A stretch of 64,000 bases of DNA, from NCBI RefSeq assembly GCF_009914755.1, contig NC_060925.1; one strand, 5' to 3'. How positions within the stretch are numbered: position 1 is the stretch's first letter; each line of letters opens with the position of its first letter. The stretch comes from the human T2T-CHM13v2.0 reference genome, Homo sapiens. Of this stretch, positions 24,345 to 45,900 are shown one piece after another. The translations under genes and the position numbers were made by a program. The notes beneath the pieces are model-generated. The model saw nothing but the letters and a program-made list of their open reading frames with translations, did not search any database and had not been told where the DNA came from.

Positions 24345-24484
24345 TATTGTGTATCTACTACAGGTGTGTGTGTGTGTGTGTATGTGTGTGTGTGTATTTA
24401 CCATGAGGCTTACTGATATTGTGTATCTACTACAGTTGTGTGTGTGTGTATGTGTGTGTGTGTATTTACCATGAGGCTTACTGA
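24345..24484. repeat. Tandem duplication (72 + 68 bp) containing a (TG)n microsatellite
   Basis: tattgtgtatctactacag-(tg)n-tatttaccatgaggcttactga occurs twice in a row. Confidence 0.95.
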
Positions 24485-24962
24485 ATACATCTTATAACAG
24501 TCTATTTTAAACTGATAACAACTTGACTTCAAATACCTACAAAAACTTTACACTTTAACTTTTGCTCCCACCACATTTTATGTAATTGATGTCACAGTTT
24601 ACATCTTTTGTATTGTATATCTATTAACAAATTATTATAGCTAAGTTGTTTTAATACATTTTAAACTTTTATAGTAGAGTTGAAAGCGATTTACACACCA
24701 CTATTACGGTATTAGCATATTCTGAATTTGAATTTATAGTAACTTTTTAAAATTCATGTATTTTCATGTTGTCAATTAGCATTCTTTCATTTTAAGTTGA
24801 AGAACTCACTTTAGCATTTCTTGTAAGGCAGGTTCAGTGATTACAAACTCCCTCAGCTTTTGTTTTTCTAGGAAAGTCTTTATCTCTCCTTTATTTCTGA
24901 AGGACACCTTTGCTAGGTATAGTATTCTTGGTTGACACATTTTTTTTTCTTCCAGTACTTTA

Positions 24963-31102
<6,140 letters not shown>

Positions 31103-31118
31103 TTCTTCCTGTACTTTA

Positions 31119-32555
31119 AATATGTCATCTCATTCTCTCCTGGCATGCAAAGTTTCTGCTGAGAAATATACTCATGGTCTTAAAATCGTTCCCTTGTATG
31201 TGACTAGTCATTTGCTGCTTTCAAAATTCTCTCCTTGTCTTTGACATTTGAGAATTTGATTAAAATGTGTCTTGGTAAAGATCTCTTTATTATTAATCTA
31301 TTTCAGGTTCTTTGGGCTTCATGGATTTGGATGTTCATTTTTTTCTTCCAGATTTGGGGTGGTTTTCGTCATTATTTCTTTAAATAAACTTTATGCCCCT
31401 TCTCTTTCTCTTTTATTTCTGTAATACATATATTGGTTCTTTTGATACTCCATAAGTGCCATAGACTATCTTCACTCTTTTTAACTCCCTTTGCTTTTTG
31501 TTCCTCTGACTGGGTAATTTTAAATGAACCATCTTACAGCTTGCTGGTTCTTCTTTCTGCTTGATCAAGTGTGCTGTCGAAAGCTCTCTATGGAATTTTT
31601 CAGTTCATTCATTGTATTCTTCAGTTCCAGAATTTCTGTTTGTTTCTTTTTTGTGGTTTCTATTTCTTTTTTGATTTTTTTTATTTTGTTCATGCATTGT
31701 TTTCCTGACTTCATTTAACTTTCTATCTGGATTCTCTTGTAGCTCACTGAGCTTCATTAAGATGTTTGTTTTGAATTCCTTGTCAGGTAATTTGTAGATC
31801 TGTATTTCTTTAGGGTCATTTAGTGGTGCTTCATTTTGTGCCTTTGTGGTGTCATATTTCCCTGATGATTCATGATCTTTGTTGCCTTGCATTAGTATCT
31901 GCCCATTTGAAGAAGTAGGCACCTCTTCCAGTCTTTACTGACTAGCTTTGGCAGGGAATGCCCTGCAACAGTCAACTATTTACAGATTCTGGTTAGGCCA
32001 TTTTGCAGGGCCTATAGGGAGGGCTTGCCTAGTGCCTGGGTCTGTGGGGGCTGGCCTGGTACTGGGGGGAGTTCTACAGTTAAGGGCTGTCTGGCCGAGT
32101 GCCTGGGTCCACAGGGGCAGGCCAGGAGCCTGGGGCCATGAGAGCTGACGTGGCAGTGGAATGGCCCTGGAATCTGGGTCCACAGGAGTTGACCTGGATG
32201 TTAGCTCTGTAGGAGTGGACCTGGAGCCTGGGGCTATAGACATTGACCTGGTGCTAAGGTCTGTGGTGAAGTCATGTGCTCACGTTACTCTTCTTGCCCC
32301 ATACAAAGGGTATTTCTCTTTACACTGTGCTGTGCAGGGTAGGAATGAATGATACAGGTAATGTGAAACTGTCCTTACCGTCTTCAGTGTGCCTTCTTAT
32401 TTCCATGCTTCACTGAGGTGCTATACTTTCTCACCTGGATTCCTCAGGTCTTGTGAAAGTTTTTTTTTGTGCATGGATTGTTGTTCAAATTGATGTTTCT
32501 ATGAGGGGACAAGGGCTGGAAACTCCTATTCTGCCATCTTACTGATGGCACTCTA
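31119..32555 (-). mobile_element. L1M ORF1/5'UTR part
   Basis: Minus-strand ORF IYKLPDKEFKTNILMKLSELQEN typical of old L1 ORF1; GC-richer repetitive 5'UTR. Confidence 0.7.
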
Positions 32556-33439
32556 GTGTGACTTTTGAATCCGCCAGTAGGAAACCTTTTATCATCCTAA
32601 GAAGCACAGATGTGTTTAGCTATTTTATTTGAATTTGGAAGGATAGTCAGAAGGACCTGGTCCACAAAAGCCAGAAGAAGGGACTTGATTCTCAATATAC
32701 TACTATTTAATAAAGTCAGAATTGGAAAGCCTACAGATTCCTGTTTCATATTATCACTACGTCCATATTACTTATACTATGCATCTCTCTTCTTTCCTTT
32801 TCTAGAAGCATTCTTTTTAAAGGCTTGCTTGCTTTTTGTTTTGTTCCTAATTTTCCTAGTTTTCTTCAAAAATTTCCTGCCATTTAGTAATGCATATTGC
32901 TTTTCTAGAATTATGCATCTCAGCAAAGATTACATGAGGATTCAGAAATACTTTTTAGCATGACTTCTATTTCTTTTATACCCCAAATCTTATAAACCTA
33001 GTTAGGTCCGCCTTTGTAGTTCACTGTCTAAATCTATTTTCTTATATTTTGATTGTTCAGGTAAAGGTTTTATTCTAAAATAATGAACACTATACATTGA
33101 CAGAAACAAATGGATGAATTTCACCAGAGTTACTACATTCAATTATGTTAGCTATCTAATTCACTATATATATAAAGCTTGTAGCTTTGAACTAATTAGG
33201 GTTGTAGATTTTTACCTTTGTTTTTTTTTCTTTTTTGAAAAAGAGAAGCAAGCTTCTGTCTTGATTTTTAATTCTTTAATTTAGTGCAACTGTAACTGGT
33301 GGCATGAATTTGTTATTACTATTGGCAAATTTCTAAATCTTGTAACCCAAATTGCTCATTCTATTTTTTTCAGATCAAAGCCAGTGTTTACCATGCAATC
33401 CCATAAACAACTGCATAATAAACTTAATTCTATTTTTGT

Positions 33440-33640
33440 ATTTGTTTTTAGTTGATGCTGTAACAAATCACCACACATTCAGTGACTTGAACAACACAAA
33501 TTTCTTAAATTATGGTTCTGCATGTCAGAAGTCCAACATGGATCTCATGGGGCCAAAGTCAAGATGTCACAGGACTATATTCCTTTCTGGAGATATTAGG
33601 GGAAAACTCATTTCCCTGCTCAAGGTTTAGACAAGCTCTT
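33440..33640 (-). mobile_element. MLT1 (MaLR) LTR fragment
   Basis: gctgtaacaaatcaccacacattcagtgacttgaacaacacaaattt. Confidence 0.65.
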
Positions 33641-34067
33641 TCTCATTTCTCTTTCATTCTCTCTTTTTTTTTTCATCTCTTTCAATATGATTGTAATCCC
33701 ATGAAACATAGTTCAGCATTCAGGAAGAAACAAACTTAAACTATGTAATAATCATTAATTTATGTAATAAACTTAATATAAAATTAAATTTAAATATTTA
33801 AGATTATAACTATAAGATAAAAACTGTGAGTTTTATCTAACTCACAGTATTCCAATTTTCTAATTATTTCCTTAATTGTGATACTCAGAAGACAGGAGAG
33901 AGAGACTTTACTGTTGATGGTGATGGTGATGGCTGTTATGATGTTGAACTTTTGAGGGTCTTAGTTTCCCTTTTATACACATGTAAGTCATCCGGTAGTC
34001 TTTTGATAGTTGTCTTAGTTATTAAGATATTTGAGAGTTTCCTATTTAATTCAGTTTGTTCAGCCTA

Positions 34068-34340
34068 TTTTTTTTTTCATTGAGATAGGGTCTCACTCTA
34101 TAACTCAGGCTGCCACAGCCTCAATCTGCCAGGCTCAAGTGATCCTTGATCCACCTCAGTCTCCTAAGTAGCTGGGACTACAGGTATGCATCACCACACC
34201 TGGCTAATTTTTTTATTTTTCATAGAGGCGAGGTCTCACTATGTTGCCCAGGCTGGTGTTGAACTCCTAAGCTCAAGCAATCCTCTTGCCTCAGCCTTCC
34301 AAAGTGCTGGGCTTGAAAGTGTGAGCCACTGCACCAGACC
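34068..34340 (-). mobile_element. AluJ
   Basis: Reverse Alu with J diagnostics and an internal deletion. Confidence 0.85.
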
Positions 34341-34440
34341 TCAACCTACTTTTTTTTTTTTTTTTTTTTTTAACCACTGGAGATCTTATTTTCTGACTAA
34401 ATCTAATAATTTTTTATGGAAAATGTAAGTATATTTGTGA

Positions 34441-34851
<411 letters not shown>

Positions 34852-34976
34852 TGAACATGCCTCAACATTTTAACATATGTGAATGCCATTTTGATATGAA
34901 TGCAAAGTGGTGCTGATATTTACATATGGGATCTATCCGTAGTAACTGACTTTTGATGCTCTTTCTTTTTAGAGGT

Positions 34977-35324
34977 TGCTGTGGACTGAATGTTTGTGTC
35001 TCCCCACAATCCCTATGTTGAAACCTAATCCCCAATATGATGATATCTGGGGATTGAGGCTTTGGGAGGTAATCAGGTAATGAGGGTAAAGCCCTCATGA
35101 TGGGCTTAGTGCCATTATAAAGAGAGACCCAAGAGAGTTTGATTTCTCTCTCTGTCCTCTGGCTTGTGAGGGCACAGCAGGAAGACAGCAAACCAGCAAG
35201 AGTCATCACCAAATGTGACCATGCTGGTACTGATTTTAAAGTTTCCCCCGTAATTGTGAAAAATAAGTTTCTGTTTAAGCAACCCAACCTGTGGTATTCC
35301 GTTATAGTAGCCCAGACTAAGACA
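34977..35324 (+). mobile_element. MLT1A-type solo LTR
   Basis: TGctgtggactgaatgtttgtgtc...actaagaCA with 5-bp TSD GAG(G/A)T. Confidence 0.85.
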
Positions 35325-35454
35325 GAGATGTTTAAATTTTATTGTGCTATTAAATAAAAGTACCGGTGCCTCAAAGCTCTGTTGTTTAGATCTAAAAGAT
35401 CTAAAGGTATGAAATGAATATTGTTGAGGCAGGATGAGGTGGTTTGGATTTGTT

Positions 35455-35760
35455 TATTTTTCTCCAACTTTTATTGTGAAAAATTTCACACGTCGGAAGA
35501 GTTGCAAGAATAGAACAATACAGTACAATAGTACCAGTGTGTCTTAATTATTATTTTGCTGCAAAAGCACACTTGTACTTTTTCTCTCTAATGTGATTGT
35601 GTGTGTGTGTGTGTGTGTGTTTATCTGTTTTCTTCCCTGACCCATTTGAGAGTGAGTTGCAGATATTTTACCTCCAAATATTTTAGCATGTATCCCATTT
35701 AGGAAGTTTAACATTGATACAATATTATGTATCATATCGTTCATATGCAAGTTTCTCCAG
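35455..35760 (-). mobile_element. L1MC/ME 3' fragment with (TG)n
   Basis: tttattgtgaaaaatttcacac...; ttgagagtgagttgcagata. Confidence 0.55.
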
Positions 35761-36174
35761 TTTTCAGATTTAGAAATAGCAAATGATTCTAAAAGGGCAT
35801 AATTACTTTGAAAAATTGAAAATCACTTTGAAAAATCTGGAGTTTTAAAGATGATTTACCATATGGGAAACTGTGGCAAATTTTAAATGAATATCCTGAA
35901 GTATGATTCTAATCCAGATTGAATTCAAGCTGTGAATTTTTGTTTTATTTTCTAAATTTTTTTATTTCAGTAGATTTTTGGGGGAATAGGTGGTGTTTGA
36001 TTACATGAATAAGTTCTTTAGTGGTGATTTCTGAGATTTTAGTGCACCCATCACCCAAGCAGTGTACACTGTACCCAGTGTGTAGTCATTTATCCCTTGC
36101 CACCCCTCACCCTTTACCTCCAGTCCCCAAAGTTCAATATATCATTCTTATGCCTTTGTATCCTCATAGCTTAG

Positions 36175-36735
<561 letters not shown>

Positions 36736-38357
36736 CATATATACCATATTTTCTTTATCCACTCATTGTGATGGGCATTTGGGCTGGTTCCATATTTCTG
36801 CAACTGCAAATTGTGCGCTATAAACATGCATGTGCAAGTATCTTTTTCTTATAATGACTTCTTTTCCTCTGGATAGATACCTAGTAGTGGGATTGCTGGA
36901 TCAAATGGTAGATCTACTTTTAGTTCTTTAAGGAATCTTCACACTCGTTTCCATAGTGATTGTTTGCATTCCCACCAACAATGTAAAAGTGCTCCTTTTT
37001 CACTGTATCCATGCCAACATCTATTATTTTTTGATTTTTTTGATTATGGCCATTCTTTCAGGAATGAAGTGATGTCACGTTGTGGTTTTGATTTGCATTT
37101 CCCTGATGCTTAGTGATGTTGAACATTTTTCCATATGCTTGTTGGCCGTTTGTATATCTTCTTCTGAGAGTTATCTATTCATGTCCTTAGCCCACTTTTT
37201 TTTGATGGAATTGTTTGCTTGGTTTTTTTTCTTGCTAATTTGTTTATTTGTAGATTCTGGATATTAGTCCTTTACCAGATGTATAGACTGTGAAGACTTT
37301 CTCTCACTCTGTGGGTTGTCAATTAACTCTGCTGATTATTTCTTTTGCTTCGCAGAAGCTTTATAGTTTGATTAAGTTTCATCTACTTATATTTGTTTTT
37401 GTCGCATTTGCTTTCGGGTTCTTAGTCATGAAGTCTTTGCTTAAGCCAATGTCTAGAAGGGTTTTTCCAATGTTATCTTCTAGAATCTTTATGATTTCAG
37501 GTTTTAGATTTAAGTGTTTGATCCATCTTGAGTTGATTTCTGTATAAGGTGAGAGATGAGTATTCAGTTTCATTTTTCTACATCTGACTTGCCAATTACC
37601 CTGGCACTATTTGTTGAATAGGGTGTCTTTTCCCTACTGTGTGTTTTTGTTTGCTTTGTCAAAGATCAGTTGGCTTTAAATATTTGGCTTTATTTCTGGG
37701 TTCTCTATTCTGTTCCATTGGTCTTTGTGCCTATTTTTATACCAGTACCATGCTGTTTTAATGACTATGGCCTTATAGTGTAGTTTGAAGTCAGGTAATG
37801 TGATGCCTCCAGATTTGTTCTTTTTGCTTAGTCTTGCTTTGGCTATGCGGGCTCTTTTTTGGTTCCATATGAATTTTAGGATTGTTTTTTATGGTTCTGT
37901 GAAGAATGATGGTGGTATTTTGATACTGCATTGATATTGAGAATTGCAATTCCAGTTTGATATTGGGAATTGCATTGAATTTGTAGATTGCTTTTCTTTT
38001 GGCCGTATGGTCATTTTCACAATATTGATTCTACTCATCCATGAGCATGGGATGTGTTTCCATTTGTTTTTGTCATCTGTGATTTCCTTCAGCAGTGTTT
38101 TGTAGTTTTCCTTGTAGAGGTCTTTTACCTCCTTGGTTAGGTATATTCCTAAGTTTGTTTGTTTGTTTGTTTTGCAGCTATTGTGAAAGGGGTTGAGTTC
38201 TTGATTTGATTCTCAGTCAAGCTGTGAATTTTCAATATATTTTTGGGCATAAAAACTATCTTTAAATGGTGTGAGGACTTACTATGTATATTTTGATGTT
38301 TTCTTATAGTTTATATACTTTCTTGTGAAGACAAAAATAGGGGGTCTTCAAAGTCTT

Positions 38358-38715
38358 TTTTTTTTTTTTTTTTGAGACAGGGCCTTGCGATTTCACCCAA
38401 TCTAGAGTGCAATGGCATGATCATAGCTCACTATAAACCTGACCTCCTGGGCTTGAGTGATCCTCCCATCCCAGCCTCCTGAGTGGCTAGGACTACAGTC
38501 ATGTGCCACCACGTGGCTTTATTTTTTATTTTTTCGTGGAGACAGGATCTTGCTATGTTGTGCCACCACATGGCTAATTTTTAATTTTTTTGTGTGTGGC
38601 AACAGGGTCTTGCTATGTTGCCCAGGCTGGTTGCAAACTCTTGGCCTCAAGCAATACTCCTGCCTTGACTTTCCAAAGTGCTAGGATTACAGGCATCAGC
38701 CACTGCCCCCAGCCT
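38358..38715 (-). mobile_element. AluJ with internal ~59-bp tandem duplication
   Basis: tgtgccaccac...tcttgctatgt occurs twice; TSD CAAAGTCTT. Confidence 0.88.
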
Positions 38716-39118
38716 ACAAAGTCTTGAGGTACGAATTAGGGGAAGGTTTCTTGTCAAGTTTTCTTTTAACTCTAAAATTCTATGGCTTTCAATAATTTAA
38801 CAGATATTTAAACTATTAAATATGTAACATTGTATTGGGTGCTCTAGGAAATGTGGATAATCCTTGATCACCAAGAATTCAAGGGAATTAAGAACTTATT
38901 TACAAATAAATGCATGAAAGTAAACTGTATATGAAGACTTGTAAGAAATATTTTAACAAAGTGCAGTGAAAATTCAGAGACAGAAGAAACTTGGCTGGGT
39001 GGTAAGAATAGAACAGATAAGCTTCATTGGATTGTAAATACTTGTTAACAGAAATCCAGGGTCTCTACTATAATTTTCCTGTGTATACAATAATTTTAAC
39101 TGGAATTAATTGTATTAA

Positions 39119-39248
39119 CCCATTTATGCCAGAAGTTGCAAATTTTTTTTTGTGAAAAATCAGATCTTGGTGATAACCTTGAGCAGTAGGATAAAAATAA
39201 CTCCCACAAGCTTAGTGTTCCAGTAATGGAACACTAGGCATAAATGTA
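39119..39248 (-). mobile_element. MER85 (piggyBac/PGBD3 MITE)
   Basis: TTAA|CCCATTTATGCC...GGCATAAATGta|TTAA with the internal GTTCCA..TGGAAC palindrome. Confidence 0.93.
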
Positions 39249-39914
39249 TTAATAAGCATGAGGTATGCATAATTCAATTAGATTAACCAAAAATAGGGAA
39301 ATACTTATGTTTGTGATATATTGCAAGTAAAAATTATTGAAATTTTTATTGAAAATAATACATTATAACAAATTTAAGTGTAGTAAAGTAGAAATTAAAA
39401 AGAAAAATGTCATCTATAGCCACCTCATTCATAGATAATACCTATTGACATCTGTTTTTTTTTTTCATTTTTTCTATATTGTGTGCATGCTTATATTTGA
39501 TGTTGCATTCTGCTTCAAATTAGTTGATAAAATAATTTTTTTTCACTTTAGTACCACACTTTTGCAAGCAATTTTATTGGCAGCATAATATTATATTGAG
39601 TAGTTGTGGCATGATTTACTAAAACATTTTTCTATTGTTTAACAAAATAATTAATTCTTTGTAGGAACAAGCAACTGTAGAAATGGTAAAGTTATGATAG
39701 AGAACAAACTTGTTCCAAGATCTCTTGGAAGGATCTTCCTTAATTTTTTATCCTGACAATTTAATACACCAAATATTTTACATGATTTTTTTCTTGCTTT
39801 TTTTTACTACTATTTTAACTTACCGTTATTAAATTATTTACGCTTTTCATTACATCTAGTTTAGAAAATTTAGTGTTTCATTGACTATTTGGAAAGATTA
39901 TTCTGTATATGCTC

Positions 39915-42900
39915 AGAGAAGTGGTAGAAGCATCAAGCCAGCTGATGTGGATCCCAAAGGGTTTGGTGCAGGAACATCTGTAGTGGTGCATGGCCAGGGA
40001 CAGCCATCCCCATAGGCTCAACTTGCTCCTATAGGAGTCTTTAGTGCTAGGGGAACTGTCAGTCCTCAACTCTGCAGGATGGTCTTGCCCATCAGATGAG
40101 GCAGGTCCAACCTGAGCGCCCCTTGGTCTGCTGACCCCTCCCAGGCCCCATTCCTGCTTGCAGGGCAGCCTCAGGTGCCCTGGGGGGCCTGCATTATAGC
40201 TTCTGTACTGGTAGACCATGGGTGATCAGTGGAGAGTTTCAGCAGGGTGGTTTCTGTGGGCATGAACCAGCCTGCATACTCCCTCCCTATGTTGCAGTTT
40301 CCCCTAACCCATGGCAACTTACTCAGCTGGCATGTATCTGTGTGGGTGAGTTTTGCTTTCCTTTGCCACACCAGTGTGAGGGAGTGCAGTCCGACCCCCT
40401 CCACCCACCAACTGCCATTGCAGGCAGAGCCTTGGCAGACACAGCCAGCCTTCTCCAACCAGCAGCCTGCCCTTGCACTAACACTGCTGTGGGAGTCAAA
40501 CTAGGCACAGAGAACAGCAGATCCTCCCCAGCCCTGAGTGACAACTCCTGCTTGCAGGGCACAGAGAAGGCACCCAGACCTGCACCTGCCAGTACCCCAC
40601 CCCTGAGCCAACACCATTTCTAGCATGACTGTGCGCACAGTCACCAGCAGGGGCCCCCTGCGCCCTGCTCCAGCTGCATTCCCTTCACTACTCTGGTGAA
40701 CACCCACATGGAGACAGGCATCCTGGCACCTACTAGCACTCTGCCACAGCTGCTGCTACCACTGCTGCTGGCACATGCAAATGAGGATGGATCCTGCTGT
40801 CATTGCACTATGAAATGCTTTCATTCACACCACCTATCAGAGTGTAGTGACCAGCGGTCTGGGAACACCTTAGGCCCCCCCCGACCCCAGCACAGTGGAT
40901 TTCTAACCTCGAGGAGCCAGAGAACAAAGAGCCAATGCAAGTCCGCCAGAGTTAGAGCACACAGTCCTGGAGTTGAGAGCTGAGCAGTGGCCCTCTAACA
41001 CCTTCCAGAAATGAAGCCAGTCTGCTGAATTCACCTATACCACAGTCAAACTCTTATGGTCATCAAATAGAATAAAAGGAAAAAACAAACACCCAAAGGT
41101 CAGCAACCTCAAAGATTGAAGGAGGATAAGCCCACAAAGATGAGAAAGAATCAGCACAAGAACCCTGACAACTCAAAAAGCCAGAGTACCTTCTTTCCTC
41201 CAAATGGTCACATCTCCGTTCCAGCAAGGATTCTGAACCAGGCTAAGATGGTTGAAATCACAGAAATAAGATTCAGAATGTGGATAGGAACAAAGCTCAT
41301 TGAGATACACGAGTATGTTGAAACCCAATCCAAGGAAGCTAAAAATCAGGATAAAACAATGCAGAAGCTGATAGACAAAATAGCTAGTATAGAAAAGAAG
41401 GTTACAACCCAACAGAGCTGAAAAACACACTACAAGAATTTCATAATGCAATTGCAACCATTAATAGCAGAATAGACCAAGCAGAGGAAGGAATCTCAGA
41501 GCTAGAAGACTGGCTTTCTGAAATAAGACAGATAAGAATAGAGGCAAAAGAATGAAAAGGAAGGAACAAAACCTCCAAGAAATATGGAATTATGTAAAGA
41601 GACCAAATTTATGACTCATTGGTGTTCCTGAAAGAGATGGGGAGAATGGAACCAACTTGGAAAACATATTTCAGGATATCATCCATGAGAACTTCCCCAA
41701 CCTACCTAGAGAGGACAACATTCAAATTCAAGGATTGCAGAGAACCCAAGTAAAATACTTCACAAAGAAGATCATCCCCAAGATACATACTCATCAGATT
41801 CTCCAAGGTCAAAATGAATGAAAAAAATGTTAAAAGAAGCTAGAGAGAAAGGTCAGGTCACCTACAAAGGGAAGCCCATCAGACTAACAGACCCCTCAGC
41901 AGAAACCTTATAAGCCAGAAGAGATTGGATGCCAATGTTCAACATTCTTAAAAGAAATCCCAACCCAGAATTTCATATACAGCCAAACTAAGCTTCATAA
42001 GTGAAAGAGAAATAAGATCCTTTTCAGACAAGCAAATGCTGAGAGAATTCATTACTACCAGACCTGCCTTACAAGAGCCCCTGAAAGAATCACTAAATAT
42101 GGAAAGGAAAGACTGTTACCAGCCACTACAAAACACACTGAAGTACACAGACCAGTGACATTGTAAGGCAACTACATAACAAGTCTGAAAAATAACCAGG
42201 GTCTGTGACAGTGTCAGATCCAAACATACTAATACTAACCTTGAATGTAATGAGCTAAATGCCCCAATTAAAAGGCAGAGAGTGGCAAGCTGGATAAAGA
42301 ATCAGACCCATTGGTATGCTGTCTTCAAGAGACCAGTCTCACACGGAGTGACATACATAGGCTCAAAATAAAGGGATGGAGAAAAATCTATCAAGCAAAT
42401 GGAAAACAGAAAAAAGCAGGGGTTGCAATCCTAGTTTCACACACAACAGACTTTAAACCAACAAAGATCAGAAAGATCAGAAAAGACAAAGAAGGGCATT
42501 ACATAATGATAAAGGGTTCAATTCAACAAGAAGTGCTATATCCTAAATATACGTATATACACCCAACACAGGATCACTCAGATTCATAAAGCAAGTTCTT
42601 AGAGACCTTCAAAGACAGATTCCCACACAATAATAGTGGGAAAGTTTAATACCCCACTGACAATGTTAGATAATTGAGCCAGAAAATTAACAAAGATATT
42701 CAGGACCTGAACTCAGCACAGGATCAAATGGACCTGATCAACATCCACAGAACTCTCCACCCCAGAAAAACAGAATATACATTCTTATCATTGTCACATG
42801 GAACATACTCTAAAATTGATCACATAAGTGGAAGTAAAACACTCCTCAGTAAATGCAAAAGAACTGAAATCATAACGAACAATATCTTGGACCACAGCAC

Positions 42901-45900
42901 AAATTAGAAATCAAGACTAAGAAATTCACTCAGAACCATACAATTACATGGCAATTGGATAACCTGCTCCTGAATAAACTCTTGGATAAATAATGAAATT
43001 AAGGCAGAAATAAAAGAAGTTCTTTGAAACTAATGAGAACAAAGAGACAACATACCAGAATCTGTGGGATACAGCCAAGGCAGTGTTAAGAGGGAGATTT
43101 ATAGCACTAAATGCCCACATGAAAAAGTTGGAAAGGTCTCAGCTTGACAACCTAAATCACAACTAAGAGAACTAGTGAAATAAGAGCAAAGAAATCCCAA
43201 AGCTAGCAGGAAACAAGAAATAACCAAAATTAGAGCGAACTGAAGGATATGGAGACATGAAAAACCATTCAAAAGATCAGTGAATCCAGGAGCTGGTTTT
43301 TTGAAGAAATTAATAAAATAGACCATTAGCTAGGCTAATAAAGAAGGAAAGAGGAAATTGAAATAAATGATCAGAAATGACAAGGGTGATATTACCAGTG
43401 ACCCCATGAAAATATAAATAACCATCAGAGAATATTATGAACACCTCTGTGAACATAAACTAGAAAATCTGGAAGAAAATGGATAATTTCCTGGACCCAT
43501 ATACCCTCTCAAAACTGAACCAGCAAGAAATTGAATCCCTGAACAGACAAATAACAAGCTCTGAAATTGATTCAGTAATAAATAGCCTACCAACCAAAAA
43601 GAGCCCAGGACTAGACAGATTCACAGCTGAATTCTACCAGATGTACAAAGAAGAGTTGATACCATTCCTACTGAAACTATTCCAATGAAGTTAAGGAGGA
43701 GGAACTCCTCTCTAACTTATTCTATGAGGCCAGCATCATCCTGACCAAAACCTAGCAGAGACACAACAAAAAAAGAAAACTTTAGGCCAATATCCTTGAT
43801 GAACACTGAAGCAGAAATCCTCAAGGAAATACTGGCAAATCAAATCCAGCATAACATCAAAAAGCTTATCCACCATGATCAAGTAGGTTTTATCCCTGAG
43901 ATGCAAGGTTGGTGTAACATATGCAAATCAATAAATGTGATTTATCACATAAACACAACTAAAGACAAAATCCACATGATTATCTGAACAGGTGCACAAA
44001 AGGCTCTCAATAAAATTCAATACTACTTCATGTTAAAAACTCTCAATAAACTAGGTATCAAAGGAACATACCTCAAAATAGTGAGAGCCATCTATGACAA
44101 ACCCATAGTGAACATCATACTGAATGGGCAAAAGCTGGAAGCATTCCCCTTGAAAACTTGCACAAGAAAAAGATGCCCTCTCTTGGCATCCTTTTTCCAT
44201 TCTCTTGGAAAAGAATACCACTCGTTTTCAACATAGTTTTGAAAGTCCTGGTCAGGGCAATGAGGCAAGAGAAAGACAGAGCATCCATATAGGAGGAGAG
44301 GAAGTTAAATTATCTCTTTTTGCAGATGACATAATCGTATACCTAGAAAACACCCCAGTCCCAGCCCAAAAGCTCCTCCAGCTGATACACAAATTCAGCA
44401 AGGTCTCAGGATACAAAATCAATGTGTAAATATCAATCTTTCTTATATACCAACAACAGTCCAGCTGAGAACCAAATCAGGAATGTAATCCCATTCACAA
44501 TTGCCACAAAAAGAATAAATACCTAGAAATACAGCTAACCAGGGAGATGAAAGATCTCTATGAGGAGAACTACAAAATATTGGTTAAAGAAATCAGAGAT
44601 GACACAAACAAATGGAAAAACATTTTATGCTCATGGATAGGAAGAATATTGCTAAAATGGCCATACTGCCCAAAGCATTGTATAGATTCAATGCTATTCC
44701 TGTTATACTACCATTTACATTTTTCACAGAACTAGAAAAAACTATTTTAAAATTCATATGGAACCAAAAAAGAGCCCAAATAGCCAAGGTGATCCTAATC
44801 AAAAAGAACAAAGCTGGAGGCATTATGCTACCTGACTTAAAACCGTACTACAGGGCTACAGTAACCAAAACAGCATGATACTGCTACAAAAGCAGACAGA
44901 TAGACCAATGGAATGGATTAGAGAACCCAGAAATAAGGCCATACACCTACAACTATCTGATCTTCAACAAACCTGACACAAACAAGCAATGGGGAAAAGA
45001 TTCCCTAGTTAATAAATGGTGCTAGATAACTGACTAGAGATATGCGGAAAATTGAAACTGGATGCCTTCCTTACACCACATAAAAAATTAAGCTGGATTA
45101 AAGACTTTAAAATCCCAAACTATAAAAACCTTGGAAGACAACGTAGGCAATACCATTCTGGGCATAGGAGTGGGCAAATTTTCATGACAAAGATGCCAAA
45201 AGCAGCTGCAATAAAGGTAAAAATTGACAAATGGGATCTAATTAAACGAAAGAGCTTCTGCATAGTGGAGGAAACTATCAACAGAGTGAACAGACAACCT
45301 ACAGAGTGGCAGAAAATATTTGCAAATGATACATCTGTCAAAGGTCAAATATCTAGCATCTGTAATGAACTTCGATTTACAAGAAAAAGCAACCCCATTA
45401 AAAAGTGGGCAAAGAGCATGAACAGACAGTTTTCAAAAGCAGACATACATGCAATCAACAATCATGAAAAAAGACTCAACATCACTAATTACTAGAGAAG
45501 TGCAAATCAAAACCACAGTGAGATACTGTCCCACACCAGTCAGAATGCTATTATTAAAAAGTCAAAAAACAACAGATGCTGGTGAGGTTGGAGAGAAAAA
45601 GGAACACTTATACGCTGTTGATGGGAATGAGTGTAAATTAGTTCAACCATTGTGGGAGACGATGTGGCAATTCCTCAGAGACCTAAAAACAGAAATGCCA
45701 TTTGACTCATCAATTTCATGACTGGGTATATATCCAAAGATTTATAAATCGTTCTATTATAAAGACACATGCACTTATATGTTCATTGCAGCACTATTCA
45801 CAATAGTTCGCAAAGACATGGAATCAACCCAGATTCCCAATGATAGAATGGATAAAGGAAATATACACCATGGCATTCTAAGCGGCCATCAAGAAGAACG

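Noticed and set aside
24345-24484. CRISPR-like repeat/spacer pattern
   Set aside because: Human DNA; a simple two-copy tandem duplication with no spacers.
33355-33425. Possible splice acceptor (ttttttcag|ATCAAAG), and a similar one near 8916
   Set aside because: No convincing paired donor or recognisable coding sequence.
39878-40983. Cluster of overlapping ORFs in a GC-richer patch resembling a promoter or gene
   Set aside because: It is the 5'UTR of the old L1PA element.
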